From: Anaerolineales bacterium | Lineage (GTDB): Bacteria; Chloroflexota; Anaerolineae; Anaerolineales; DRKV01 | NCBI GenBank assembly: GCA_034434095.1 | Contig: DAOTZN010000289.1 | Location: 1 to 41,186, forward strand | Direction of reading: 5' to 3' | Length of the DNA: 41,186 bases | Part shown: positions 1 to 7,434 of the stretch, piece after piece | Numbering within the stretch: position 1 is the first letter of the stretch | Layout of the letters: each line of letters opens with the position of its first letter | Made by a program: the position numbers and the translations under genes | Notes under the pieces: model-generated | Told to the model about the DNA's origin: nothing | Database searches by the model: none | What the model saw: only the letters and a program-made list of their open reading frames with translations

Positions 1-8
1 GGCTGAGC

Positions 9-23
9 GGGATTGAAAATCCC
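9..23 (+). repeat. short stem-loop GGGATT-GAA-AATCCC directly 5' of the tandem array
   Basis: 6-bp perfect inverted repeat read from the sequence; same GAA(A)-capped style as the hairpins at 366-387, 10274-10297 and 34222-34242. Confidence 0.5.
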
Positions 24-25
24 TC

Positions 26-345
26 TTGCCGACCTGGGGGTCGGCGTTCCCACTTTGCCGACCTGGGGGTCGGTGCGCCCAGGTTGCCGACCTGGAGGTC
101 GGTGCGCCCAGGTTGCCGACCTGGGGGGCGGCGCGCCCAGGTTGCCGACCTGGAGGTCGGCGTTCCCACTTTGCCGACCTGGGGGGCGGCGCGCCCACTT
201 TGCCGACCTGGGGAGCGGCGCGCCCACTTTGCCGACCTGGGGGTCGGCGTTCCCACTTTGCCGACCTGGGGGGGCGATGCTCCCATTTTGCCGACCTGGG
301 GGTCGGCGCGCCCACTTTGCCGACCTGGGGGTCGGCGTCCCCAAG
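26..345 (+). repeat. tandem array of 11 units with a 29-bp period (one 30-bp unit), consensus TTGCCGACCTGGGGGTCGGCGYKCCCAST
   Basis: Units start at 26,55,84,113,142,171,200,229,258,288,317. The first 12 nt, TTGCCGACCTGG, are identical in all units. Most units contain the GCCGACC/GGTCGGC 7-bp inverted repeat. There are no spacers. Confidence 0.95.
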
Positions 346-365
346 CAATCTCTCGCCTTCAAAGG

Positions 366-387
366 GGACAGGCTGGAAAGCCTGTCC
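366..387 (+). repeat. stem-loop GGACAGGCT-GGAA-AGCCTGTCC (9-bp stem, GNRA-type loop); near-copy at 10274-10297
   Basis: Perfect inverted repeat. 364-390 matches 10274-10299 with 1 indel and 2 substitutions. Confidence 0.7.
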
Positions 388-394
388 TACGCCC

Positions 395-423
395 TTGACA
401 CCCAACATCCTTGAAAATATAAT
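395..423 (+). promoter_or_regulatory. sigma70-type promoter TTGACA-17 nt-TATAAT for the TetR/exporter operon
   Basis: -35 TTGACA at 395-400, exact 17-nt spacer, -10 TATAAT at 418-423, about 30 nt upstream of the TetR start. Confidence 0.6.
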
Positions 424-429
424 TCTGTG

Positions 430-443
430 AACGAACGTTCGTT
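430..443 (+). promoter_or_regulatory. 14-bp perfect palindrome AACGAACGTTCGTT, candidate TetR operator overlapping the predicted TSS
   Basis: Perfect dyad located 7 nt after the -10 box and 13 nt before ATG 456; typical autoregulatory TetR layout. Confidence 0.5.
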
Positions 444-455
444 TTGCGAGGCCCT

Positions 456-1031
456 ATGTCCGATTCCCGCACCGATATCCTCGAATCCGCCTACTCCCTT
501 TTCCTGTGCCAGGGCTATCATGGAACTTCCATGCGCCAGATTGCCCGTCAGGCCGGCATTGCGCTGGGCGGCATTTACAATCACTTCCCCAACAAGGAAG
601 CCATCTTTACCGCCGTTTTAGATGTGTACCATCCTTATCAGACCATCTTGCCGGCGTTGGCGCAGAGTCCGGCACGTTCGCTGGAAACCTTCCTGCACCA
701 GGCGGCCGGCCAGATTGAAGCCGCCCTCAACGAGCGCCCAGAGTTCATGAACCTGATGCTCATTGAATTGACCGAATTTGATGGCCGTCACCTCTCCGAT
801 TTGTACAGCCGTATCGCCCCGCAAATTTACCAGGTTGTGCAGCGTTTTACGGAGGCCCCTGAGAGGCTGCGTCCCATTCCTGTTCCTGTCATGGTGCGTG
901 CCTTTATCGGCCTGCTGCTTTCCTATGCGCTGACCGAAAAAACCTTCGGCAAACACCTGCCCGATGCCTTTGGCGAAAATTTCCTGGAAAACCTGGTGGA
1001 CGTCTTCCTGCACGGCATATTACAGGAATAG
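456..1031 (+). CDS. TetR/AcrR family transcriptional regulator
   Basis: ORF 444-1031. The N-terminal HTH signature ILESAYSLFLCQGYHGTSMRQIARQAGIALGGIYNHF is present. ATG 456 (GAGG 5 nt upstream) is preferred over TTG 444. Confidence 0.9.
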   Translation: MSDSRTDILESAYSLFLCQGYHGTSMRQIARQAGIALGGIYNHFPNKEAIFTAVLDVYHPYQTILPALAQSPARSLETFLHQAAGQIEAALNERPEFMNLMLIELTEFDGRHLSDLYSRIAPQIYQVVQRFTEAPERLRPIPVPVMVRAFIGLLLSYALTEKTFGKHLPDAFGENFLENLVDVFLHGILQE

Positions 1032-1068
1032 CATTCCCCATTTCTTCTCAGTAAAGCGAGAAATACCC

Positions 1069-2202
1069 ATGTTCAATCTTCGATTGCGTGCCCTCATCCG
1101 TAAGGAATTCATCCAAATTTTGCGCGACCCGCGTACCCTGATGCTTGTCCTGGTCATGCCGGTCATGCAACTGCTGTTGTTGGGGTACGCTGCCACCAAT
1201 GACGTGCGCAATGTTCCCCTGGCCGTTTTTGACCAGGACCACGGCGTGGCTGCCCGCCGTCTACTGGACGCCTACCGGGCAGCGGACTATTTCCGCATCT
1301 CGTACGAAGTGGATTCCGAAGCCGAGTTGCGGACCCTGATTGATAGTGGAGAAGCCCGTGCTGGTATCATCATCCCCCCGCACTATACCGATCATGTGAG
1401 TGGCGCCGGTGCCGCCCAGGTGGCCTTCATCCTGGATGGCAGCGACCCCACGGTGGCTTCTACCGCCCTGGCGGCGGCGCAACTCATCGCCCAGGAACAC
1501 GCCACCCAGATTCAGACCGCGCGCCTGGCAAGTAGCGGCAACGCCCAGACTCGCCTGATGCCGGTGGAAGTGCGTACCCAAATCTGGTACAACCCCGATA
1601 TGGTCAGTGCCTTTTTTATGGTGCCCGGCGTCATCGGGCAGATTTTATATGCCATCACCTCGGTGCTGACGGCTACCGCCATCGTACGTGAGCGCGAACG
1701 CGGCACCATCGAGCAACTCATCGTCACCCCTATTCGTTCCTGGGAGTTGATGTTGGGCAAAATTCTCCCTTACGTAGTGCTGGCTTTCTTCAACACCCTC
1801 GAAGTGTTGGCCTTGGGCGTGCTGTTGTTCGATGTGCCTATTCGCAGCCCGTTGACCATCATCATGCTGCTTTCCGGCCTGTTTCTGTTCAGCGGCCTGG
1901 GAATAGGCTTGTTCGCCTCTACGATTGCCAACACGCAGCAAGAAGCCATGCTCATGGTCTTCATGAGCCTGTTGCCGGCCATCTTTGTTTCGGGGTATTT
2001 TTTCCCCATTGAAGCCATGCCCGCCGTTTTACAGTGGTTTTCTTACCTGGTGCCGTTGCGCTACTACCTGATTATCATTCGATCGCTGCTCATCAAGGGG
2101 GTTGGCGTGGCATCTTTGCAAACCGAAATCTTTGCCCTGGCCGCGTTCGGCATTGGCATTATGGCATTGGCAGTTTCTCGTTTTCGCAAAACCCTGGAGT
2201 GA
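1069..2202 (+). CDS. ABC-2 type transporter permease (YhhJ/YbhS-like)
   Basis: The frame of ORF 964-2202 is used. The start is moved to ATG 1069 (MFNLRLRALIRKEFIQILRDPR) because 964-1031 overlaps the TetR CDS. It has one N-terminal TM, a large loop and a C-terminal cluster of TM helices. Confidence 0.85.
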   Translation: MFNLRLRALIRKEFIQILRDPRTLMLVLVMPVMQLLLLGYAATNDVRNVPLAVFDQDHGVAARRLLDAYRAADYFRISYEVDSEAELRTLIDSGEARAGIIIPPHYTDHVSGAGAAQVAFILDGSDPTVASTALAAAQLIAQEHATQIQTARLASSGNAQTRLMPVEVRTQIWYNPDMVSAFFMVPGVIGQILYAITSVLTATAIVRERERGTIEQLIVTPIRSWELMLGKILPYVVLAFFNTLEVLALGVLLFDVPIRSPLTIIMLLSGLFLFSGLGIGLFASTIANTQQEAMLMVFMSLLPAIFVSGYFFPIEAMPAVLQWFSYLVPLRYYLIIIRSLLIKGVGVASLQTEIFALAAFGIGIMALAVSRFRKTLE

Positions 2203-2208
2203 TTGTGC

Positions 2209-3591
2209 ATGAAACGCATACGAAAATTTTTCCCCCTGATATTGATTGCCTTGTTGGCCGTTGTGGCTTTGGTGTACCTGCGCACACAAATTGCGGCCCA
2301 AAGTACCGGCCCCTTGCAAGCTTCCGGTACGATTGAGGCCACGGAAATCACCATTGCCCCCGAAGTGGGTGGGCGCGTGACCGAAGTACTGGCGGTCAAA
2401 GGACAGGCCGTTGCCCCTCAGGATGTGCTTTACCGCCTGGATGATACCCTGTTACAGGCGCAGATGGCACAGGCCCAGGCGGCCGTTGCCGGTGCTCAGG
2501 CGGCATTGGATACGGCCACAACCAACCGTGACAGCGCCCAGGCGGCGTTGCAAAGCGCCCAAACGCAATACCAGATTGCCTTGCAGGCTGCCCGTCAGGC
2601 GGAACGCCCTCAGCGCACCCAGGCCTGGCTGCGTGCTCAACCGGCCGATTTCTCTTTGCCGGTGTGGTACTACCAGCAGGAAGAGCGCATTGCCTCAGCG
2701 CAACGTCAACTTCAGGCTGCCGAACAAACGTTGCAAGATGCCCAGACCAATTTTGACCGTGTGGTACAGCGTGCTGCCAGTGCCGATTTCCTGGCGGCAG
2801 AAGCGCGCCTGGCCGATGCGCAGGTTGCTTACCAGATTGCGCAGGATGTCCTGACGCGCGCTAACGCCCAAAATGATGCTAACCTGCAACTCGAAGCCCA
2901 AAAACGCTTTGATATTGCCCAAAGCGAACTGAACAATGCCCAACTGGACTACGACCAGATGCTGACCACCCAGGAGGCCCAGGACATCCTGGAAGCCCGT
3001 GCCCGCCTGACGGTGGCCCTCGAAGAACGCGATGCCGCCCGGGATTACCTGGATTCCCTGATGACCGGCGAGCATTCGCTGCAAGTGCAGGCTGCCCAAG
3101 ATGGCGTGGCGCAGGCGCAGGCGCAGGTAAGCCAGGCCGAAGCCGCGCTGACCCAGGCCGAAAAAGCCCTGGCCCAGGCACAGGCGCAGGTTGATTTACT
3201 CCAGGTGCAACTCGACAAACTCACCGTACGCGCCGGCGTGCAAGGTATCGTCCTGGCACGCGATGTCGAACCGGGGGAAGTACTGGCGCCGGGCGCCCCT
3301 GCCATCGTGTTGGGTGACCTCGATCACCTGCGCATCACCGTTTACATGCCCGAAGACCGCTACGGCGAAATCACCCTGGGGCAAACCGTCACGGTACGGG
3401 TGGATTCCTTCCCCAACGAGACGTTTCAGGGACAGGTGGTTCGCATTGCCGATAAAGCCGAGTACACGCCGCGCAACGTCCAGACCGCGGCCGGACGGCG
3501 CACTACCGTCTTTGCCATCGAAATCAGTGTGCAAGATTCAACCGGCAAACTCAAACCCGGTATGCCCGCCGATGTTTTCTTTGGGCAGTGA
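2209..3591 (+). CDS. HlyD-family periplasmic adaptor (membrane fusion protein)
   Basis: Signal-anchor KFFPLILIALLAVVALVYL, a long Ala/Gln-rich coiled coil, and a C-terminal beta domain (VRVDSFPNETFQGQVVRI...KLKPGMPADV). ATG 2209 follows GGAG. Confidence 0.85.
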   Translation: MKRIRKFFPLILIALLAVVALVYLRTQIAAQSTGPLQASGTIEATEITIAPEVGGRVTEVLAVKGQAVAPQDVLYRLDDTLLQAQMAQAQAAVAGAQAALDTATTNRDSAQAALQSAQTQYQIALQAARQAERPQRTQAWLRAQPADFSLPVWYYQQEERIASAQRQLQAAEQTLQDAQTNFDRVVQRAASADFLAAEARLADAQVAYQIAQDVLTRANAQNDANLQLEAQKRFDIAQSELNNAQLDYDQMLTTQEAQDILEARARLTVALEERDAARDYLDSLMTGEHSLQVQAAQDGVAQAQAQVSQAEAALTQAEKALAQAQAQVDLLQVQLDKLTVRAGVQGIVLARDVEPGEVLAPGAPAIVLGDLDHLRITVYMPEDRYGEITLGQTVTVRVDSFPNETFQGQVVRIADKAEYTPRNVQTAAGRRTTVFAIEISVQDSTGKLKPGMPADVFFGQ

Positions 3592-3594
3592 AAC

Positions 3595-4530
3595 ATGATT
3601 GACATCCAAAACGTGCGCAAAACCTTTGGGACGACCGTCGCCCTTGACAACCTCAGCCTGCATCTCGATGCCGGGGAGATTTACGGGCTGGTTGGGCCGG
3701 ATGGCGCCGGCAAGACTACCACCATGCGCCTGCTGGTCGGCGCGCTGCGCCCCGATAGCGGCAGTCTGCGGGTGGCCGGTTACGATGTGCTGCGTCAACC
3801 GGAACAGGTGCGCGAGCACCTGGGCTATTTGCCACAGCGTTTTTCCCTGTACGAAGAACTCACCGTACTCGAAAACTTGCGCTTTTTTGCCGAAGTGCGC
3901 GGCCTGGGGCACGATGTCTGGTATCCCCGCAGCATGGAGATTTTGACCTTTGTGGGCTTGGCAGATTTTACCAATCGTCGCGCCGGACAACTTTCCGGCG
4001 GCATGAAGCAAAAATTGGGATTGGCGGTGGCCCTGGTGCATCGTCCCAAACTCCTGCTGCTGGATGAACCCACCACCGGCGTTGATCCGGTGACCCGACA
4101 GGATTTCTGGCAACTCATCATCCGCCTGGTGGGGGAAGAAGGCGTGGCGGTGCTGGTCAGTACCCCCTACATGGACGAGGCGGCCCGCTGCACTCGTTTG
4201 GGCTTTCTACGGGAGGGGCGTTTGCCGGTGGAGGGGAGACCCTCGTCCCTGCGTGCTCCGTTGGATGGCCGTATCCTGGAATTGCGCGGCGCCCCCTTGC
4301 GTCGCTGGCGTGACCTGGCGCTCTCCGACCCGGATGTGGAACATGCCCACTTGTTCGGCGACCGCATTCACTTGCGTTTGCGGCCACAGGCTCATGCTCA
4401 ACGCGTGCAGGCGCGCCTGAAGAAGGCCATCGCTGCCCAGGAGGGGACGCTCACCTATCTGGCGCCGGTCAAACCCCAGTTGGAGGATGTCTTCATTGCT
4501 CTGTTGGATAAAGAAGGAGCGCAGGCGTGA
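3595..4530 (+). CDS. ABC transporter ATP-binding protein (NBD 1)
   Basis: Walker A GPDGAGKT, signature LSGGMKQK, Walker B LLLLDEP, plus a roughly 90-aa C-terminal extension. Confidence 0.95.
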   Translation: MIDIQNVRKTFGTTVALDNLSLHLDAGEIYGLVGPDGAGKTTTMRLLVGALRPDSGSLRVAGYDVLRQPEQVREHLGYLPQRFSLYEELTVLENLRFFAEVRGLGHDVWYPRSMEILTFVGLADFTNRRAGQLSGGMKQKLGLAVALVHRPKLLLLDEPTTGVDPVTRQDFWQLIIRLVGEEGVAVLVSTPYMDEAARCTRLGFLREGRLPVEGRPSSLRAPLDGRILELRGAPLRRWRDLALSDPDVEHAHLFGDRIHLRLRPQAHAQRVQARLKKAIAAQEGTLTYLAPVKPQLEDVFIALLDKEGAQA

Positions 4531-5441
4531 ACGATTTTGTCATTGAAACCCACGGTTTGACGCGCCGTTTTGGGGATTTCACCGCCGTGGATGCGGTGAC
4601 CTTTTCGGTGGCGCGCGGCGACGTTGTGGGTTATCTCGGCCCCAATGGCTCCGGCAAGACCACCACCATGCGGATGTTGCTTGGCTTACTGGCCCCCAGC
4701 GCCGGTTCGGCGCGGGTTCTGGGTTACGATATCCACCGGCAGACCGAAGCCATCCGCCAGCGGGTGGGGTACATGTCTCAAAAATTTGCTTTGTACGGCG
4801 AGTTGACCGTGTGGGAAAACCTGACCTTTTACGCCGGCGTGTATGGCCTGCGGGGCAAGGAACGCCCGCGGGAAGTGCTGCACCAATTGGGGTTGGATGA
4901 GATACGGAACACACGCGTTGATCACCTGTCCACCGGCTGGCGGCAGCGTGTGGCATTGGCGACGGCTATCATTCATCAGCCCGAATTGCTTTTTTTGGAT
5001 GAACCTACCAGTGGGGTGGACCCTCTCACGCGCCGCGCTTTTTGGGAGGTCATCTACGAGATGGTTTCTGAGGGAGTCACCGTTTTCGTATCTACCCACT
5101 ACATGGACGAGGCCGAGTACTGTGGGCGGGTGGGCATCATGCGGCAGGGGCGTTTGTTAGCGCTGGATACCCCTTCAACGCTCAAGGAGAAGACCTTGCC
5201 GGGCACGGCCTGGGAAGTGCGCGCCGAGCCGTTGCTGCAAGCCTTGAGCGTCCTGGAGACCTGTCCGGGGGTGGTGCGTGCCGGCCTGGCGGGGGATCAC
5301 CTGCGTGCCATTGGCGAACCTGATTGCACCCCGAAGGTCATCCGCAGGCATTTGCAGGCCGCCGGATTGAGCGTCCAGCACATTGAAGCCAGTACCCCCA
5401 CGCTGGAAGATGTCTTTTTGGCCCTGGCGCAAGAGCGTTGA
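4527..5441 (+). CDS. ABC transporter ATP-binding protein (NBD 2)
   Basis: GTG start overlaps the upstream stop (GTGA), with AAGGAG 8 nt upstream. Walker A GPNGSGKT, signature LSTGWRQR, Walker B LLFLDEP. Confidence 0.95.
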   Translation: MNDFVIETHGLTRRFGDFTAVDAVTFSVARGDVVGYLGPNGSGKTTTMRMLLGLLAPSAGSARVLGYDIHRQTEAIRQRVGYMSQKFALYGELTVWENLTFYAGVYGLRGKERPREVLHQLGLDEIRNTRVDHLSTGWRQRVALATAIIHQPELLFLDEPTSGVDPLTRRAFWEVIYEMVSEGVTVFVSTHYMDEAEYCGRVGIMRQGRLLALDTPSTLKEKTLPGTAWEVRAEPLLQALSVLETCPGVVRAGLAGDHLRAIGEPDCTPKVIRRHLQAAGLSVQHIEASTPTLEDVFLALAQER

Positions 5442-5485
5442 GCGTGGATTGTGGACGGTAGTCAGCATTTTGCATTTTTTTAGCG

Positions 5486-5513
5486 GTGACAAATTGAAAA
5501 TTTCTGCTATACT
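5486..5513 (+). promoter_or_regulatory. possible promoter GTGACA-16 nt-TATACT upstream of radC-like gene
   Basis: Hexamers read from the sequence, 41 nt upstream of ATG 5555. Confidence 0.35.
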
Positions 5514-5554
5514 GAACCTGATATTCTTGTTCTTCCTTTCACTGCGAGGGCTGC

Positions 5555-6235
5555 ATGTATCGTATTACCGACTTGCAAGAATCCGAACGGCCGCGTGAGC
5601 GGTTGATTGCCCTGGGCGCGCGAGCGTTGAGCGATGCGGAATTGCTTGCCATTCTGTTACGGGTTGGGGTTCAGGGGGAAAATGCTGTCCAGGTAGGCCG
5701 ACGTTTGTTGCATGCGTTTGGGGGGCTGGCCGGGATTCATCGGGCATCGCTGGATGAAATCCGTAATCACAAGGGCATTGGACAGGCCAAAGCAGCCCAA
5801 ATTAAGGCCGCCATTGAGTTGGGCCGCCGCGTGGCAATCTCCAGCCCTGAAGACCGCCCCAAGATTACCGGCCCGGATGATGTCGCTCGATTGGTACAGT
5901 ACGATATGAGTGCCCTTGAGCAAGAGGAGTTACGCGTGCTGCTGCTCAACACTCGCAATCAGGTTTTGAGCGTTGAAAATGTGTATCGTGGTTCGTTGAA
6001 TAGCGCCCAGGTGCGTGTTGGCGAGTTGTTTCGGGCAGCCATCCGGCGCAACGCGGCCGGCATCATCGTGGTGCACAACCACCCTAGTGGAGATCCAACC
6101 CCCAGCCCGGATGACGTGGCTATTACGCGTGCTATTCGGGAGGCGGGCAAATTGCTGGATATCCCCTTGTTGGATCATCTCGTTATTGGTCATAACCGTT
6201 ATGTTTCCCTCAAAGAGCGTGGACTGGGGTTTTAA
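5555..6235 (+). CDS. radC: RadC-like JAB/MPN domain protein (UPF0758)
   Basis: N-terminal [21 protein letters not shown] helix-hairpin-helix region and JAB motif [14 protein letters not shown]. Confidence 0.9.
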   Translation: MYRITDLQESERPRERLIALGARALSDAELLAILLRVGVQGENAVQVGRRLLHAFGGLAGIHRASLDEIRNHKGIGQAKAAQIKAAIELGRRVAISSPEDRPKITGPDDVARLVQYDMSALEQEELRVLLLNTRNQVLSVENVYRGSLNSAQVRVGELFRAAIRRNAAGIIVVHNHPSGDPTPSPDDVAITRAIREAGKLLDIPLLDHLVIGHNRYVSLKERGLGF

Positions 6236-6258
6236 GCGTCTGGTCAAAGGAGATTTCC

Positions 6259-7362
6259 ATGAGCCTCACCGGTAAAGGGTACTACATTTGGAAAATTAGA
6301 CAGTGCGAGGGGGGGGATGCGCAGGCCATTGCTCGCACCGCGCGTCAGGCCGGCTTATCCCATATCCTGATTAAGGTTGCCAACGGTGTTTCACCTTATA
6401 ACTACGATTGGCAGCACAAGATAGACATGGTGCCGCCCGTTGTGCAGGCTCTCAAAGCAGCAGGTATTCAGGCCTGGGGCTGGCAGTACGTCTATGGGAA
6501 CGACCCGCTGGGAGAGGCCAACATGGCTATCCAACGGGTAACCGATCTGGGATTGGATGGCTTTGTTGTCAATGCCGAGGCCGAGTACAAGCAGCCGGGC
6601 AAGGCACAGGCCGCGCTGACCTATATGAAGCGCCTGCGAAAAGCACTGCCCCACACCCCCCTGGCGTTGAGTTCTTATCGCTTCCCCTCGTACCACCCTC
6701 AATTGCCGTGGAAGGAATTTTTGACCTACTGTGATTACAATATGCCGCAGGTATATTGGATCCATAGCAACAACCCGGCTGCTCAGTTGCGCAACACGGT
6801 GCGGGAGTTTCAGGGGCGTACTCCCCTCCGCCCGATTGTCCCCACCGGCGCCACCTTTTCTGAACACAATTGGACGCCATCCGAAACAGAAATCCTGGAG
6901 TTTTTGAATGCTGCTCGCAGCCTAAACCTGCCGGCGGTGAATTTTTGGAGTTGGGATGCAGCCCGTATCGGGTTGCCTGACTTGTGGACGGTGGTTGCCA
7001 ATTTCCCATGGGGTGACCAACCGGTGCCGGAGCCGGACATCTGCGAGCGATTGGTAACTGCGCTCAATACTCATGACCCGGATAAAGTCGCTGCCCTTTA
7101 CCACCAGAACGCCATCCACGTTAACGCCGTGCGCACGACGGTTGGCCGAATCAACGTGCGCACCTGGTATGCCACCCTGTTCCAGCAAGTGTTGCCGCAG
7201 GCCAGGTTTGCCCTGACCGGCTACAGTGGTAACGGTAATTCTCGTCACTTGACCTGGGAAGCCACTTCGCCGGTCGGGAACGTGCGCAACGGCAACGACA
7301 CGATTGGCTTGTTGGATGGCAAGATTCAGTATCACTACACGTTTTTTAGTGTGACCCCGTAG
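6259..7362 (+). CDS. hypothetical protein with an N-terminal TIM-barrel glycoside-hydrolase-like domain and a C-terminal NTF2/SnoaL-like domain
   Basis: AAGGAG RBS is present and there is no signal peptide. The N-terminal pattern KGYYIWKI..LIKVANG..GFVVNAEAEY..MPQVYW resembles GH25/GH-like barrels. The C-terminal ~110 aa (ICERLVTALNTHDPDKVAALY...) looks NTF2-like. Domain calls are tentative. Confidence 0.7.
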   Translation: MSLTGKGYYIWKIRQCEGGDAQAIARTARQAGLSHILIKVANGVSPYNYDWQHKIDMVPPVVQALKAAGIQAWGWQYVYGNDPLGEANMAIQRVTDLGLDGFVVNAEAEYKQPGKAQAALTYMKRLRKALPHTPLALSSYRFPSYHPQLPWKEFLTYCDYNMPQVYWIHSNNPAAQLRNTVREFQGRTPLRPIVPTGATFSEHNWTPSETEILEFLNAARSLNLPAVNFWSWDAARIGLPDLWTVVANFPWGDQPVPEPDICERLVTALNTHDPDKVAALYHQNAIHVNAVRTTVGRINVRTWYATLFQQVLPQARFALTGYSGNGNSRHLTWEATSPVGNVRNGNDTIGLLDGKIQYHYTFFSVTP

Positions 7363-7382
7363 GATACGCTGCTACCACAAAA

Positions 7383-7420
7383 AAGCGCTCTCTGGATTCG
7401 CAGAGAGCGCTTGTGTTTTT
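7383..7420. terminator. bidirectional intrinsic terminator between convergent genes
   Basis: 12-bp perfect stem AAGCGCTCTCTG/CAGAGAGCGCTT with a 6-nt loop, an A-tract 5' (7375-7382) and a GTGTTTTT tail 3'. Confidence 0.8.
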
Positions 7421-7434
7421 GGGAAAAGCGTGTT

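Noticed and set aside
26-345. The tandem array interpreted as a CRISPR array
   Set aside because: The repeats are directly abutting with no spacers, the period is 29 bp rather than roughly 60-70 bp, the units are not identical, and there are no cas genes in the window.
13-430. Three overlapping plus-strand ORFs (133, 134 and 104 aa) across the tandem array
   Set aside because: They exist only because the 29-bp unit lacks stop codons in all three frames. A period that is not a multiple of 3 makes the frames rotate, the peptides are low-complexity, and there is no RBS. These are not coding.
964-1068. Upstream extension of the permease ORF (start at 964)
   Set aside because: It overlaps the 3' end of the TetR CDS in another frame. 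The recognisable ABC-2 N-terminus begins at ATG 1069.
6309-6316. G8 homopolymer near the 5' end of the GH-like gene as a phase-variation switch
   Set aside because: It encodes Gly-Gly in frame. Comparable C7/G6 runs occur in ordinary CDS here (for example 24394-24400). I have no evidence of length polymorphism, so it is only mentioned inside the GH-like finding.
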